Virus record (IMG/VR): IMGVR_UViG_3300035419_000202
Coordinates: 17,596-81,595 of that record
Origin: a virus
Lineage: Duplodnaviria; Caudoviricetes
Direction: 5' to 3' (one strand)
Length of the DNA stretch: 64,000 bases
Under the pieces are notes generated by a model that had not been told where the DNA came from, searched no databases, and saw only the letters and a list, made by a program, of their open reading frames with translations. Both the position numbers and the translations under genes were made by a program. Positions 20,448-30,396 of the stretch are shown piece after piece (the stretch's first letter is position 1; each line of letters opens with the position of its first letter).

Positions 20448-21427
20448 GTAACTACGAACAAATACCATGGCAAGATATAACAGAGTTTGGCCAGAAAACT
20501 ATGTTAAAGAGCCATCTTTTTAACGTTTCTTGGATACTGGCTAGATTTTGTAATTATTCATGCAGTTATTGCTGGCCATACGCAAGATCTAGTACCCCTG
20601 ACCACCAAGATCTAGAATTGTACTTAAACACTATAGATAGTATAAAGACACAAGCTCGTGCAAATGGTTTTACTGATTTCCACTTTAGTTTTTCTGGAGG
20701 TGAGCCTACAGCCTATAAATACTTTAACAAGATAGTTGAGCATTATGCTAACGATAGTGAACCAGAGTATCAAAGCATACACATGACAACAAATCTAAGT
20801 CCGGGCGAAAAATGGTGGGCTAGATTTATTGAAAATACTCAAAGTCTTGAACGTAGAAGTATAACCGCAAGTTATCACGCAGAATTTGCAAACGAACAAG
20901 AGTTTGGCGATAGATGCTTGCAACTAATAGATGGAGGTGTTTATGTTACGATTAATCAAGTTATGGTTCCAGAAATTTTCGGAGTTCTTTATGAAAGGCT
21001 GGAACGCTTTGCCGCCAGAGGTATTAGCGTCACTCTCAAGCCCCAGTCCGATCCTACCGCCTCCCACGTGGTACATGGATACACTGAAGACCAGATCGCA
21101 ACAATGCGAACTGGATTCCCACAAACATGGAAAGGCAAAGCCGTTCCACAAGTCCTACTCAAAGATAATAAAGGAGTAGAGTACGAATTAGATCAAGCAG
21201 AAAGATTTAATGCGTTTGGCTTTAATAAATTTAATGGTTGGGAATGTAACGCAGGGTATCAAAGTTGCGTTATACGTAGCAATGAAGTAAAGCGGGCATA
21301 TAGTTGCCACCAAGAAGCCTTAGGCACGCTTACAGACGGTTTTACGCTGTTTAAGACACCATCTAAGTGTGTTACTAACACTTGTGTAAGTAGTGCAGAT
21401 AGCAAAATACCCAAGAGGAAGATATGA
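20444..21427 (+). CDS. Radical SAM enzyme with C-terminal twitch/SPASM-like Cys cluster
   Basis: CNYSCSYC, FSGGEPT; C-terminal WEC.AG...SC...C....C. Confidence 0.9.
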   Translation: MSNYEQIPWQDITEFGQKTMLKSHLFNVSWILARFCNYSCSYCWPYARSSTPDHQDLELYLNTIDSIKTQARANGFTDFHFSFSGGEPTAYKYFNKIVEHYANDSEPEYQSIHMTTNLSPGEKWWARFIENTQSLERRSITASYHAEFANEQEFGDRCLQLIDGGVYVTINQVMVPEIFGVLYERLERFAARGISVTLKPQSDPTASHVVHGYTEDQIATMRTGFPQTWKGKAVPQVLLKDNKGVEYELDQAERFNAFGFNKFNGWECNAGYQSCVIRSNEVKRAYSCHQEALGTLTDGFTLFKTPSKCVTNTCVSSADSKIPKRKI

Positions 21428-22137
21428 TGTTTGGTATACTAGGGTATGGGTTTGTTGGCAAAGCAACTAAATTAGGATTAGATTTACCTGATGATACAAC
21501 TATCCATGACATTGATTTAGGTACAGATAGAAGTATATTAGATAGTGCCGAAACAGTGTTTGTATGTTTACCCACTGAAACAGATAGTGATATTGATGTT
21601 TTAATTAGTGAAGTACAACAGCTCAAAGCAGACACAGTTATAATACGTAGTACATTGCCACTTGGTACATGTAAAAGAATAAACAAATCATGTGTAATAT
21701 ACATGCCAGAGTTTTTACGTGAAAGGCATTGGAAAACAGACTGCCTTAATCGTCCTTTAGTTGTAGGATGTGATAGTAATATTCCAACATGGCTTAAATA
21801 TGACGAGGACATAGTAGAATGTTCTACATTAGAAGCAGAGCTTGTAAAAATGTTTTCCAACAATCTTGCGGTAATGCGTATAGCGTTTGCAAATATATTC
21901 TACGATATAGCAAACAATGTTGATGCAGATTACAACAATGTAAAAGATATGTTTCTTGCTGTACAACCAAAACAGTCATATTTAGACGTTCCAGGACTTG
22001 ACGGTAAACAAGGATTCGCTGGCAAGTGTTTGCCAAAGGACTTAGACTTTTTAATATCTACTATGAATAATTTAGACATGAATACAAATATATTTGAGCA
22101 AGTAAAAGAACTTAACAAGGGTTGGCGTGATGTATAG
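21424..22137 (+). CDS. UDP-glucose/GDP-mannose dehydrogenase family, C-terminally short
   Basis: GYGFVG, CLPT, PEFLRE, AELVKMFSN, GFAGKCLPKD (catalytic Cys); 237 aa. Confidence 0.85.
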   Translation: MMFGILGYGFVGKATKLGLDLPDDTTIHDIDLGTDRSILDSAETVFVCLPTETDSDIDVLISEVQQLKADTVIIRSTLPLGTCKRINKSCVIYMPEFLRERHWKTDCLNRPLVVGCDSNIPTWLKYDEDIVECSTLEAELVKMFSNNLAVMRIAFANIFYDIANNVDADYNNVKDMFLAVQPKQSYLDVPGLDGKQGFAGKCLPKDLDFLISTMNNLDMNTNIFEQVKELNKGWRDV

Positions 22138-23116
22138 GTTAGATCAAATAAGAGACATACATTTAGAAGTTACTTCGCGATGTCAAGCACGTTGTCCAAT
22201 GTGCCCAAGACGTATGCAAGGCGGTCCTATGATGCCGTTTGTAACACTAGACGATATAAACTTAGAAACATTTAAAGAATGGTTTCCGGTTAGTTTTATA
22301 CAACAACTTGACAAAGTTAATATGTGTGGCAACTTAGGTGATCCTATTATTAACACAGAGACACTTGACATATACAAATACTTACGCGAAGTAAACCCTA
22401 ACATCATTTTGCAAATGCATACAAACGGTAGTGCAAGGAATAGTGCATGGTGGCAAGAACTTGCTAGTGTTGGTGTAACTGTAGTATTTGGAATAGACGG
22501 TTTAGCAGATACACATTCTCGTTATAGAATAAACACAGACTTTCACACTATACTAGTAAATGCAAGAACATTTATAAAGGCAGGCGGCAATGCTAGATGG
22601 GATATGTTAGTGTTCCGTCATAATAAGCATCAAGTAGAAGATTGTAGACAACTTGCGAGCGAACTAGGTTTTAGTGATTTTAAATATAAGAATTCTAGTA
22701 GATTTAAAAATGGTCAATTTAATGTTTTAGATGATAATGGAAAAACAATTGATATTTTGTATCCAACAGAAACAAGTGAAAGTTTTATAAAAATAGTAGA
22801 AGAAGCAAAACAAGAAATAAACCCAACAATAACTTGTAAAGCACAAGAATCTAATTCTATATATGTTGGTGCTAATGGTAACATAGCACCTTGCTGTTGG
22901 CTAGACTTAGAATGGCTACCACCAGTTAGCGAAAGTAGAATTGATTACATGGATAAAATAGGAAATTTTCCTAATTTAAATAAACATACATTACAAGAAA
23001 TATTTGACAGTAACTTTTTTAGTAGTATAGAAAGCACATGGTCAAACGGATGTTTAAAAGAATGCCAAAAACAATGTGGCAAGTTTGATAAACTAGGAGC
23101 TCAGTTTGAAAGTTGA
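22130..23116 (+). CDS. Radical SAM enzyme with C-terminal SPASM/twitch-like domain
   Basis: CQARCPMC; C-terminal C...PCC...CQKQC. Confidence 0.9.
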   Translation: MYRLDQIRDIHLEVTSRCQARCPMCPRRMQGGPMMPFVTLDDINLETFKEWFPVSFIQQLDKVNMCGNLGDPIINTETLDIYKYLREVNPNIILQMHTNGSARNSAWWQELASVGVTVVFGIDGLADTHSRYRINTDFHTILVNARTFIKAGGNARWDMLVFRHNKHQVEDCRQLASELGFSDFKYKNSSRFKNGQFNVLDDNGKTIDILYPTETSESFIKIVEEAKQEINPTITCKAQESNSIYVGANGNIAPCCWLDLEWLPPVSESRIDYMDKIGNFPNLNKHTLQEIFDSNFFSSIESTWSNGCLKECQKQCGKFDKLGAQFES

Positions 23117-23705
23117 TATTGAAGACGTACTATTTTGGATGGACGCAATTCGTAACAGCGAAAATCGATATCGTACCTTAGAAAGTTTTTGGAAAGGTCA
23201 AGTACATAGCAAACTCTGGTTAATAGAACAAATGCAAGAATACAAAGTTCAAGGTAGTATTGCTGTATACGGAGGCTGGAATGGAGTACTTGCAAGTTTA
23301 TTGTTCAACAGTGACTTGTGCATACCAGAAATTGAAAGTATAGATATTGATCCTAGTTGCAAGCCTATTGCAGAAACTATTAACATGCGTTATCATATGG
23401 ACGGAAGATTTTTTGCTACAACAGCAGATATGTGCGAGTACACTACAGATGCAGATGTTGCTATTAACACTAGTTGCGAGCATTTAACACAAGAGCAATA
23501 TGATAAATGGTTAAGCAATATTCAGCCAGGTACTAAAGTAGTTCTACAAAGTAATAACTATGTTGACCTTGATGAACACATAAGATGTGCAAGTAGTATG
23601 GAAGATTTTGTACAGCAATCAAAAATATATGTTGCATATGTTGGAGAATTTAAAACACCTAAGTATACAAGATATATGATTATAGGACATAAATTTAATG
23701 CGTAA
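23106..23705 (+). CDS. Class I SAM-dependent methyltransferase-like protein
   Basis: VYGGWNG motif I, SIDID motif II, INTSCEH. Confidence 0.6.
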   Translation: MKVDIEDVLFWMDAIRNSENRYRTLESFWKGQVHSKLWLIEQMQEYKVQGSIAVYGGWNGVLASLLFNSDLCIPEIESIDIDPSCKPIAETINMRYHMDGRFFATTADMCEYTTDADVAINTSCEHLTQEQYDKWLSNIQPGTKVVLQSNNYVDLDEHIRCASSMEDFVQQSKIYVAYVGEFKTPKYTRYMIIGHKFNA

Positions 23706-24993
23706 AACGTTTTGCCCGTTACCGTGGATACATTTAGCAACTAGACCAAATGGCGATGTTAGAGTTTGTTGTACAGCAAACGCTAGTGGCGCAGGCAAGA
23801 CCGACGACAAGGAAGTAGGACTTGTTAAACAAGATGGTATTAACATGAATCTACGTGATCACACTATCGAGGAAGTTTGGAATAGTGAGCAAATGCGTAA
23901 TACTAGATTGCAAATGCTTAATGATGAAATCCCTTCAAGTTGCAGAAAATGTTTTGAAGAAGAAGAAAAGGGTATAAAAAGCAAAAGGAATTGGGAAACT
24001 GAAGTGTGGAATGAAAGGATTGATGTACAAGAAATTGTTGATCAAACACAAGAAGACGGCACGTTGCCTGTAAACATACCTTACTTTGATTTAAGATTAG
24101 GTAACCTATGTAATTTAAAATGCATTATGTGTAGTCCGCATGATAGTTCAAAGTGGGTCAAAGATTGGAAATTACAATATCCGAAATACGAACTTATAGA
24201 TTTAAAACAAGATCAAGGCTGGGATCCTAGTTTTGATTATGTATGGTATAAGAAAAGTAGTTTCTTAGACTCTGTAAAAAATCAAGCACACCATATAAAA
24301 GAATTATACTTTGCTGGCGGCGAGCCGTTACTCATACCAGAACATTATGCAATACTACAATTTATGATAGACGAAGGGTATGCAAAAGATTGTATACTTA
24401 GATACAATAGTAATGCTACAGACATATCGCAAAGGTTGCTAGATATGTGGGAATACTTCAAAGAAGTAAAATTTAATTTTAGTATTGATAGTGTTGGCGA
24501 AAAGAATGATTACATAAGACATCCTAGTAAATGGGATAGCATTGTAAGTAATATGCATTTACTTGATAACACTTCAGACCATATTACTGTTAATCTTGCC
24601 TGTGCTGTACAACTTCTCAACGTACATAGTTTAGCAGAACTTGCACAATGGAAGTTAGATCAAAACTTTAAAAAAATAAACCGTGCGCCTTATGGCGGAG
24701 GCATTATAGGGTTGCATTTAGTGTACTTACCGTCGTACTTAAATGTACGAGTACTACCTCAAGACTTAAAAGACCAAGCCGCAGATACGATAAGTAAGTT
24801 TGCTAATAGTATTAACACACACGAATTCATAAACAGTGCTTATGGCAAAATGCGTTGGTTAGGATTAGTTGATTATATGAATTCAGAAGATTGGTCACAT
24901 AAACTTCCAGCGGCTGTACAATACTTAGAAATATGCGATAAAACAAGAGAATTAAACTTTAGAAATACGTTTAAAGAATTGAGAAATATATGA
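23698..24993 (+). CDS. Radical SAM enzyme with N-terminal Cys-rich domain
   Basis: CNLKCIMC, FAGGEP; N-terminal FCPLPW...VCC...CRKC. Confidence 0.9.
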   Translation: MRKTFCPLPWIHLATRPNGDVRVCCTANASGAGKTDDKEVGLVKQDGINMNLRDHTIEEVWNSEQMRNTRLQMLNDEIPSSCRKCFEEEEKGIKSKRNWETEVWNERIDVQEIVDQTQEDGTLPVNIPYFDLRLGNLCNLKCIMCSPHDSSKWVKDWKLQYPKYELIDLKQDQGWDPSFDYVWYKKSSFLDSVKNQAHHIKELYFAGGEPLLIPEHYAILQFMIDEGYAKDCILRYNSNATDISQRLLDMWEYFKEVKFNFSIDSVGEKNDYIRHPSKWDSIVSNMHLLDNTSDHITVNLACAVQLLNVHSLAELAQWKLDQNFKKINRAPYGGGIIGLHLVYLPSYLNVRVLPQDLKDQAADTISKFANSINTHEFINSAYGKMRWLGLVDYMNSEDWSHKLPAAVQYLEICDKTRELNFRNTFKELRNI

Positions 24994-25646
24994 CACCTGA
25001 AGAAATTGAAAGAGGACTACGTTGGCAAAGTTTAGTCAACTTAGGTAACCAAGTAAAACTAAAATGGCATATTGACCATCACCAAGTTGAGCAACAACTA
25101 GAACAGTTTAAGGACAACTGGTGTCCATACAATGCTAAGAAAGACACTCACAATAATCGTTGGGGACTACCAATAACAAGTCACACTGGCGATGTAATGG
25201 ACAATTATCATTTGAATAGTTTTGGTCATATGCAGAAATACCATGATATAGAAATGAAGGAAGAAAATTTTAATACACCAACAGAAGTGTATAATAGTAT
25301 TCCAGAAATTAAAAGATTGGTAGATGTGTTTGCACCTGATATTGGTCGTGTACATATTGTAAAAGTAGACCAAGGAGGCTTCTTCCCTCCACATAGAGAT
25401 TTCCATGGTGTAAGTCCAGAATACTTTAGATTGCTAGTAGTGTTTGGACGTTGTAGTCCTGAAAATTATGTACAGATGATAGATGGTAAACCATTATATC
25501 CAGAACCTGGGTTTGTTTATTTTACAAACTTCCAACTAGATCACAGTGTGTTTAGTTTTAGTGATAACTTGTATTCGTTAATTTTAACAGTAAAATTAAA
25601 TGAACGTACACAACAACTAGTTCTAGATAACACAATGGCAGAATGA
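24990..25646 (+). CDS. Asp/Asn beta-hydroxylase-like 2OG-Fe(II) oxygenase
   Basis: GGFFPPHRD (HxD) ... DHSVF. Confidence 0.75.
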   Translation: MTPEEIERGLRWQSLVNLGNQVKLKWHIDHHQVEQQLEQFKDNWCPYNAKKDTHNNRWGLPITSHTGDVMDNYHLNSFGHMQKYHDIEMKEENFNTPTEVYNSIPEIKRLVDVFAPDIGRVHIVKVDQGGFFPPHRDFHGVSPEYFRLLVVFGRCSPENYVQMIDGKPLYPEPGFVYFTNFQLDHSVFSFSDNLYSLILTVKLNERTQQLVLDNTMAE

Positions 25647-26566
25647 AACTCTCTTACAAAGATCCTGCAAAGGCAGATTGGTTTTTAGTTAGTTGGACAC
25701 TGTCTAACAAATGCAATTACCGATGTTCCTATTGTCCAAGTAGACTACATGATGGAAGTACAGGGCATAAAAAGTGGGACACTGTTAAAAACTTTGTAGA
25801 AAACTTTAACGCTAATGGCAAACAAATTTGCTATAGGATTTCAGGCGGTGAACCTACCTACTGGAAACATTTTATTGACATGGCTAAACTTGTAAAACAG
25901 CAAGGACAGTATTTTAGTTTTCTAACTAATGCAAGCCAAAAAGTAGAATACTTCGCAGAGATAACAGAACATACTGACGGAATGATTATAAGTTATCACC
26001 CTGAGTTTGCTGACATTGATCATATAATAGAAGTTATAAAAGTAATGACTTGTCCTGTTGCTGTCAATCTTATGATGTTACCTGATAATTTTGACGAGCT
26101 ATTAGACATTGCAGAACGCTTGTTTAATTGTAGTGACAATGTAATGATATGGCCAAAAGTTATTTTAGACAAACAAGAAATTGAAGGCTACCCTACTAAC
26201 GAAGTAAGTGCATATTCAATGTCACAACAAAATATTATAACCAATTGGCCTTATACACGTAACCTAGATGACACAAAATTACACAGAGGCGGCTTACTAT
26301 TAGATAGCAAGGACATTAATGCAAATGACTTAATAGTCAACGAGCTTAACGCACACAAAGGTTGGAACTGTTGGGCAGGTTTGGATATGATTAGTATTGA
26401 CATGTGGGGCGACATATACCGTGCTGAATGCCAGCAAGGTGGCAAGATAGGTAATTTAGAAAAATATAATTTGCCTGATAAAACAATTACGTGCGGTAAA
26501 GAAAAATGTTATTGTTTAAGTGATATCTATTTACGTAAAGAGTTGATTGCTGTTCAACAACTTTAA
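25643..26566 (+). CDS. Radical SAM enzyme, paralog of 20444..21427
   Basis: CNYRCSYC, SGGEPT, SYH.EFA; C-terminal WNCWAG...EC...CGKEKCYC. Confidence 0.9.
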   Translation: MKLSYKDPAKADWFLVSWTLSNKCNYRCSYCPSRLHDGSTGHKKWDTVKNFVENFNANGKQICYRISGGEPTYWKHFIDMAKLVKQQGQYFSFLTNASQKVEYFAEITEHTDGMIISYHPEFADIDHIIEVIKVMTCPVAVNLMMLPDNFDELLDIAERLFNCSDNVMIWPKVILDKQEIEGYPTNEVSAYSMSQQNIITNWPYTRNLDDTKLHRGGLLLDSKDINANDLIVNELNAHKGWNCWAGLDMISIDMWGDIYRAECQQGGKIGNLEKYNLPDKTITCGKEKCYCLSDIYLRKELIAVQQL

Positions 26567-27673
26567 TTCACTATCAAATGTTAATACAAAGTGTTGACTG
26601 TCAGCCTTTCTGTATGCCATACAACATATTAAATTATTCTTTACATGTGGTCTACCTAACAGGTAATCTGTAAGATACAAAGTGTTAGTATTTCCATTTT
26701 CGTCAACACTCATTATAGGACAACTAGGTGTACCTGATGGAAAAAATATTGCTTTGTTGTTTAGTGCTACACCGCAACGATATCTATATTTGCCACCAAA
26801 GTTAAGACCAATACCAAAAGTTTTGCTTTCTTTTGTATCGGTATCAAATATTATGCCCCAATTACTGTCTTGAGTATATTCGTCTCCATACGGTAGTGCA
26901 ATTATTTTATTATTAACTAATACGCCACTATTGTATTTTTTAGCAAAGTCATGAGGTAGTCTCATGTTATAATATGTTGCTTTGTTAGTAGTTGTATCAA
27001 ATTCTACTATTTCGTTCATACCAGGTGTTTCGCCAAATGGCAAACTATACAGTATATTATCTTTGACTATTATATCACTAAACTTTCTAGTAATGTTACT
27101 GTTTACATCTAGCTCAAAACTTTCAAAGCCTTCGCCGTCAAAGCTCAACAGTTTGTTGTAACCAGGTTCATCGCCTCTTGGCATGCTCCAGTATTTTCCA
27201 TTACAGTACACAGTTCCCATGTGTAACTTTTTACCTTTGTAGGGTAGTTTATGTTCTGTAACTTTGCCGTTGTTAATATACAATCCGTAGTTAGTACCTT
27301 CGTAACCTAAAGGAAAACTAAAAGCAGACGTACCGTTTGATGCAATGCTGTAAAATTGTCCTTTGCCTGCAAATGGTAATTTGTGATATACTACATCATT
27401 GTCTTTAATTTGTACCACAACATTGAGTTCGTCGTATATACCGTATGGTATAAGCCATAAGTCGTTATCTAATACAATAGGAGCATTAGTTTTGCTAGTA
27501 GCAGGCGGCAGATCTAATGTTATAGTGTCTTTATTAAAACGCCAAACATCTGCATAATTTTTACATTGTTCTGTAGCAAATGGTGGGCTTGTTAAAGTAT
27601 TATTCCAGTCAAGGAGTAATAGGTGCTTTATACTTTCTTCTTTGTAAAAATCTTCAAATGCTTTATACATCAT
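26531..27673 (-). CDS. Beta-propeller repeat protein
   Basis: About 7 repeats of [NG]K/xxxxP[YFLR]G spaced roughly 45-55 aa apart. Confidence 0.65.
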   Translation of the reverse strand: MMYKAFEDFYKEESIKHLLLLDWNNTLTSPPFATEQCKNYADVWRFNKDTITLDLPPATSKTNAPIVLDNDLWLIPYGIYDELNVVVQIKDNDVVYHKLPFAGKGQFYSIASNGTSAFSFPLGYEGTNYGLYINNGKVTEHKLPYKGKKLHMGTVYCNGKYWSMPRGDEPGYNKLLSFDGEGFESFELDVNSNITRKFSDIIVKDNILYSLPFGETPGMNEIVEFDTTTNKATYYNMRLPHDFAKKYNSGVLVNNKIIALPYGDEYTQDSNWGIIFDTDTKESKTFGIGLNFGGKYRYRCGVALNNKAIFFPSGTPSCPIMSVDENGNTNTLYLTDYLLGRPHVKNNLICCMAYRKADSQHFVLTFDSELKLLNSNQLFT

Positions 27674-28889
27674 TTAAATCAAAAGTTTTTATAACTTGTT
27701 CCTTAATTGTATCGAATACTAGTACAGTTTGAAACGAATCACTTTCGCCGTATGGAAATGCATATATGATATCGTTAATAATTACACATTGGTTGTATTT
27801 TTCAATAGTAGTGTTGTCTGTAAAATGTTCACTTACATCAATAGTGTATGTTTCATTTGTTTCTGTATCTATAACTAATACTTCTGCTAAGTCTCCTTGA
27901 CTCTTCCAAGTGTCAACAGGTTCACAAACACAGCCGCCTCTAGGTATATAATATATTTTACGTTGGCTGTTTTCTAATCCAGCAAAATATTTTTTACTTT
28001 CTTTGCCAATGCCAAGGTCTTTTGTATAGTGTTCTCCGTTAGCAAGTATAACTAACATTTCACTCCAGTCTTCGTCATGCCCTGCCGGCGGAAAATAAAT
28101 GTTACCGTTGGTTGCTACAGTGTGCGAATAATATTTTCTACTAGTGCCTTTTATCCCTGTTCGTATACTTCCCCAAGCACCGTTGTATTTTAACATAATA
28201 TCGAAGTTTGGATTTTCACTGTATGGCGGAGCATACAATGTTCCATTACTATTAGCAAGGGTAGTAAATTTTTTATTTGTCATTGGCTCACTATCATAGT
28301 CTTGCCAATGGTTGCTTAGGTCAGTAAGTTTGTATGTTAATGAATCACAGTCAAACTCGATACATTCTGAAAAATAATTATCTAAGTTTTCGCCACGTGG
28401 AACGCCTATAATTTTATTACCTAGTAGCTGCGTAGTATGCCATTTCTTTGCATCACTTGCTGATTTAATATTTACATATGATCTAGTATATGTTTCTGTG
28501 TCAATAGATATTGCCCAACTAAAATCATTATGTTCACCATAGGGTAACGCAAATATACTGTTACCGTATACATGCGGACATAACCATTTACCTTTGTCGT
28601 CAAATGTATCAAGGTACTTAATGTCATTTGTCTTTGTATCTACAACTAGTATGTTACTTTCGTTATATGGTAAAAAGAATATTTTATCTCCAACAACTAC
28701 TCCACGTTGCCATTTTTCAAAACTGTCGTCTACTTGTAACTGTATTTTTTCAAATGAATCTGTATCAGTGTCAAACACTAGCATGTAGTCTACAACACTG
28801 TCTAATCCGTAAGGGGGAATGTATATTTTATTTTTATATACTGTAGGATAACTAAAACTTTGAGGGGTCAAATTTATCTCCAAATGCAC
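27663..28889 (-). CDS. Beta-propeller repeat protein, paralog (start possibly TTG at 28871)
   Basis: 8 repeats: KIYIPPYG, KIFFLPYN, SIFALPYG, KIIGVPRG, TLYAPPYS, NIYFPPAG, KIYYIPRG, IIYAFPYG. Confidence 0.65.
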   Translation of the reverse strand: MHLEINLTPQSFSYPTVYKNKIYIPPYGLDSVVDYMLVFDTDTDSFEKIQLQVDDSFEKWQRGVVVGDKIFFLPYNESNILVVDTKTNDIKYLDTFDDKGKWLCPHVYGNSIFALPYGEHNDFSWAISIDTETYTRSYVNIKSASDAKKWHTTQLLGNKIIGVPRGENLDNYFSECIEFDCDSLTYKLTDLSNHWQDYDSEPMTNKKFTTLANSNGTLYAPPYSENPNFDIMLKYNGAWGSIRTGIKGTSRKYYSHTVATNGNIYFPPAGHDEDWSEMLVILANGEHYTKDLGIGKESKKYFAGLENSQRKIYYIPRGGCVCEPVDTWKSQGDLAEVLVIDTETNETYTIDVSEHFTDNTTIEKYNQCVIINDIIYAFPYGESDSFQTVLVFDTIKEQVIKTFDLNDV

Positions 28890-29307
28890 TACGTAAATCT
28901 TTCTGCATTTTCTCTATAACCATATGTTTAGGATATACATTACAATTATCCCAATCAATCATGTACATGTCATCACCGTTAACAATTATATTACTTAACA
29001 CCCAATCGCCATGCACATATGGTAAAGTTTGCTCAATATTGTCTAAACAAAATTTATACACTTTTTCTATAAATTCTGGTGTGTGTTCTAGTGTACTTGC
29101 TGGAACTCCTTCTATCTCTTTTGTATCTAACCACATGCACTCGTCGTTGTGTCCATGGTATACAACATAATCAGGAACAATATTTTTAAGCATTTTTACG
29201 TGTTCGTCTAGCCATATTGTATCTACAAAGTGCCATAGTTTTCTATAGTAACCGTCACCTTTATAAACACTTCTCTTTTTTTGTTTATTTGTTTTAATTA
29301 AGTCCAT
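28852..29307 (-). CDS. Minimal APH/choline-kinase-like phosphotransferase
   Basis: HGDWVLSN catalytic loop and IDWD metal-binding loop; 151 aa. Confidence 0.75.
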   Translation of the reverse strand: MDLIKTNKQKKRSVYKGDGYYRKLWHFVDTIWLDEHVKMLKNIVPDYVVYHGHNDECMWLDTKEIEGVPASTLEHTPEFIEKVYKFCLDNIEQTLPYVHGDWVLSNIIVNGDDMYMIDWDNCNVYPKHMVIEKMQKDLRSAFGDKFDPSKF

Positions 29308-30328
29308 ATGCTTTTGCTACCGGAGGTAGGTAATCCTTTATATACATTTTACGCCAACTATCCAACTTAGTAATATTGTATTTAAATTCTTCTTGTTTTA
29401 GCAAGTTAGCAGGTTCATTCATCCATTTATCTACACCTTGAAATTGTGCTTTTAATTCGTCGGGTGCATTTTTAACATGTAACCAATCAGGAGTCATAAG
29501 TAAATTTTCAAAGATACTCCAGTTGCGTTTGTCTGCATATTCTTTTATGTCGTCATAGAACCATGCGTTCAAAGTACTAATAGTAGGACTTATATCAACT
29601 TTACAAAAGTCAGCCCAACGTTTTGCATTTTCTTCTGCTTCTTTCCATTTAGTGCCGTGTCTAATATAGTTTATACGATCGTCAGTAGCATCTAAACTAA
29701 AACTCATAATAACCATATTAAATTTTCTAAGTAACTTTTCTAATTTAGGATTCCAAATTGTACAGTTAGTATTAAAACGTATTATTGTTTCTGGGTCTAA
29801 TCTTTCTAAAAATCTAGGCAAGTGTTTTACCATCATAGGTTCACCGCCGGTCATGTATACTTCATTAATTGGTAGATCAAGTAATTTATCAAATGCTGTG
29901 TCATCTGCCCAATTAAAATGCGGAACATCTAATACACCGTGTAGCGGTGTAACACCTGCTTTCTGCATAGCAACTGCTTCTTCTGCTATTGAACTAGAAC
30001 TCATGTGCCAACAACTAATACATTTTAAATTACAACTATTGCCTAAACGTAAATCTAAATGACTGAGTCCTGGACCGTATCTTCTTTCTTTTTGACGTTG
30101 ACTTTGTAGGCCGTGTTCTTCCATTTCTTTGCAACGCCTACAAGCATCAGGCCATTCACCGCTTGCCATTTGCTCTCTAATACCTCTATGGAAATCACTG
30201 TCGTGCCATTCTTGCGGTGTGTGTGTTTTGATATTGTATTCGCCCTCAGGTTCTAAGCTCATACAGCACAATCTATATGATCCATTAGTACCTACATTGA
30301 TTTGATTATCAAGATATTTACATCTCAC
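29294..30328 (-). CDS. Radical SAM enzyme with N-terminal Cys-rich domain
   Basis: AGGAG RBS then GTG at 30328; CNLKCISC, TGGEP; N-terminal C...LCC...CRRC. Confidence 0.9.
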   Translation of the reverse strand: MRCKYLDNQINVGTNGSYRLCCMSLEPEGEYNIKTHTPQEWHDSDFHRGIREQMASGEWPDACRRCKEMEEHGLQSQRQKERRYGPGLSHLDLRLGNSCNLKCISCWHMSSSSIAEEAVAMQKAGVTPLHGVLDVPHFNWADDTAFDKLLDLPINEVYMTGGEPMMVKHLPRFLERLDPETIIRFNTNCTIWNPKLEKLLRKFNMVIMSFSLDATDDRINYIRHGTKWKEAEENAKRWADFCKVDISPTISTLNAWFYDDIKEYADKRNWSIFENLLMTPDWLHVKNAPDELKAQFQGVDKWMNEPANLLKQEEFKYNITKLDSWRKMYIKDYLPPVAKAYGLN

Positions 30329-30354
30329 GACTAAACACACTCCTTAAAAACTAG

Positions 30355-30370
30355 CATAAGTATATTTAAC
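30355..30370. promoter_or_regulatory. Back-to-back late-promoter-like motifs
   Basis: CATAAGTA on + (30355-62) abuts GTTAAATA on - (30363-70) in the gap between divergent genes. Confidence 0.5.
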
Positions 30371-30396
30371 ACTACAGGGTAAAGAAAAAAGTAAAC

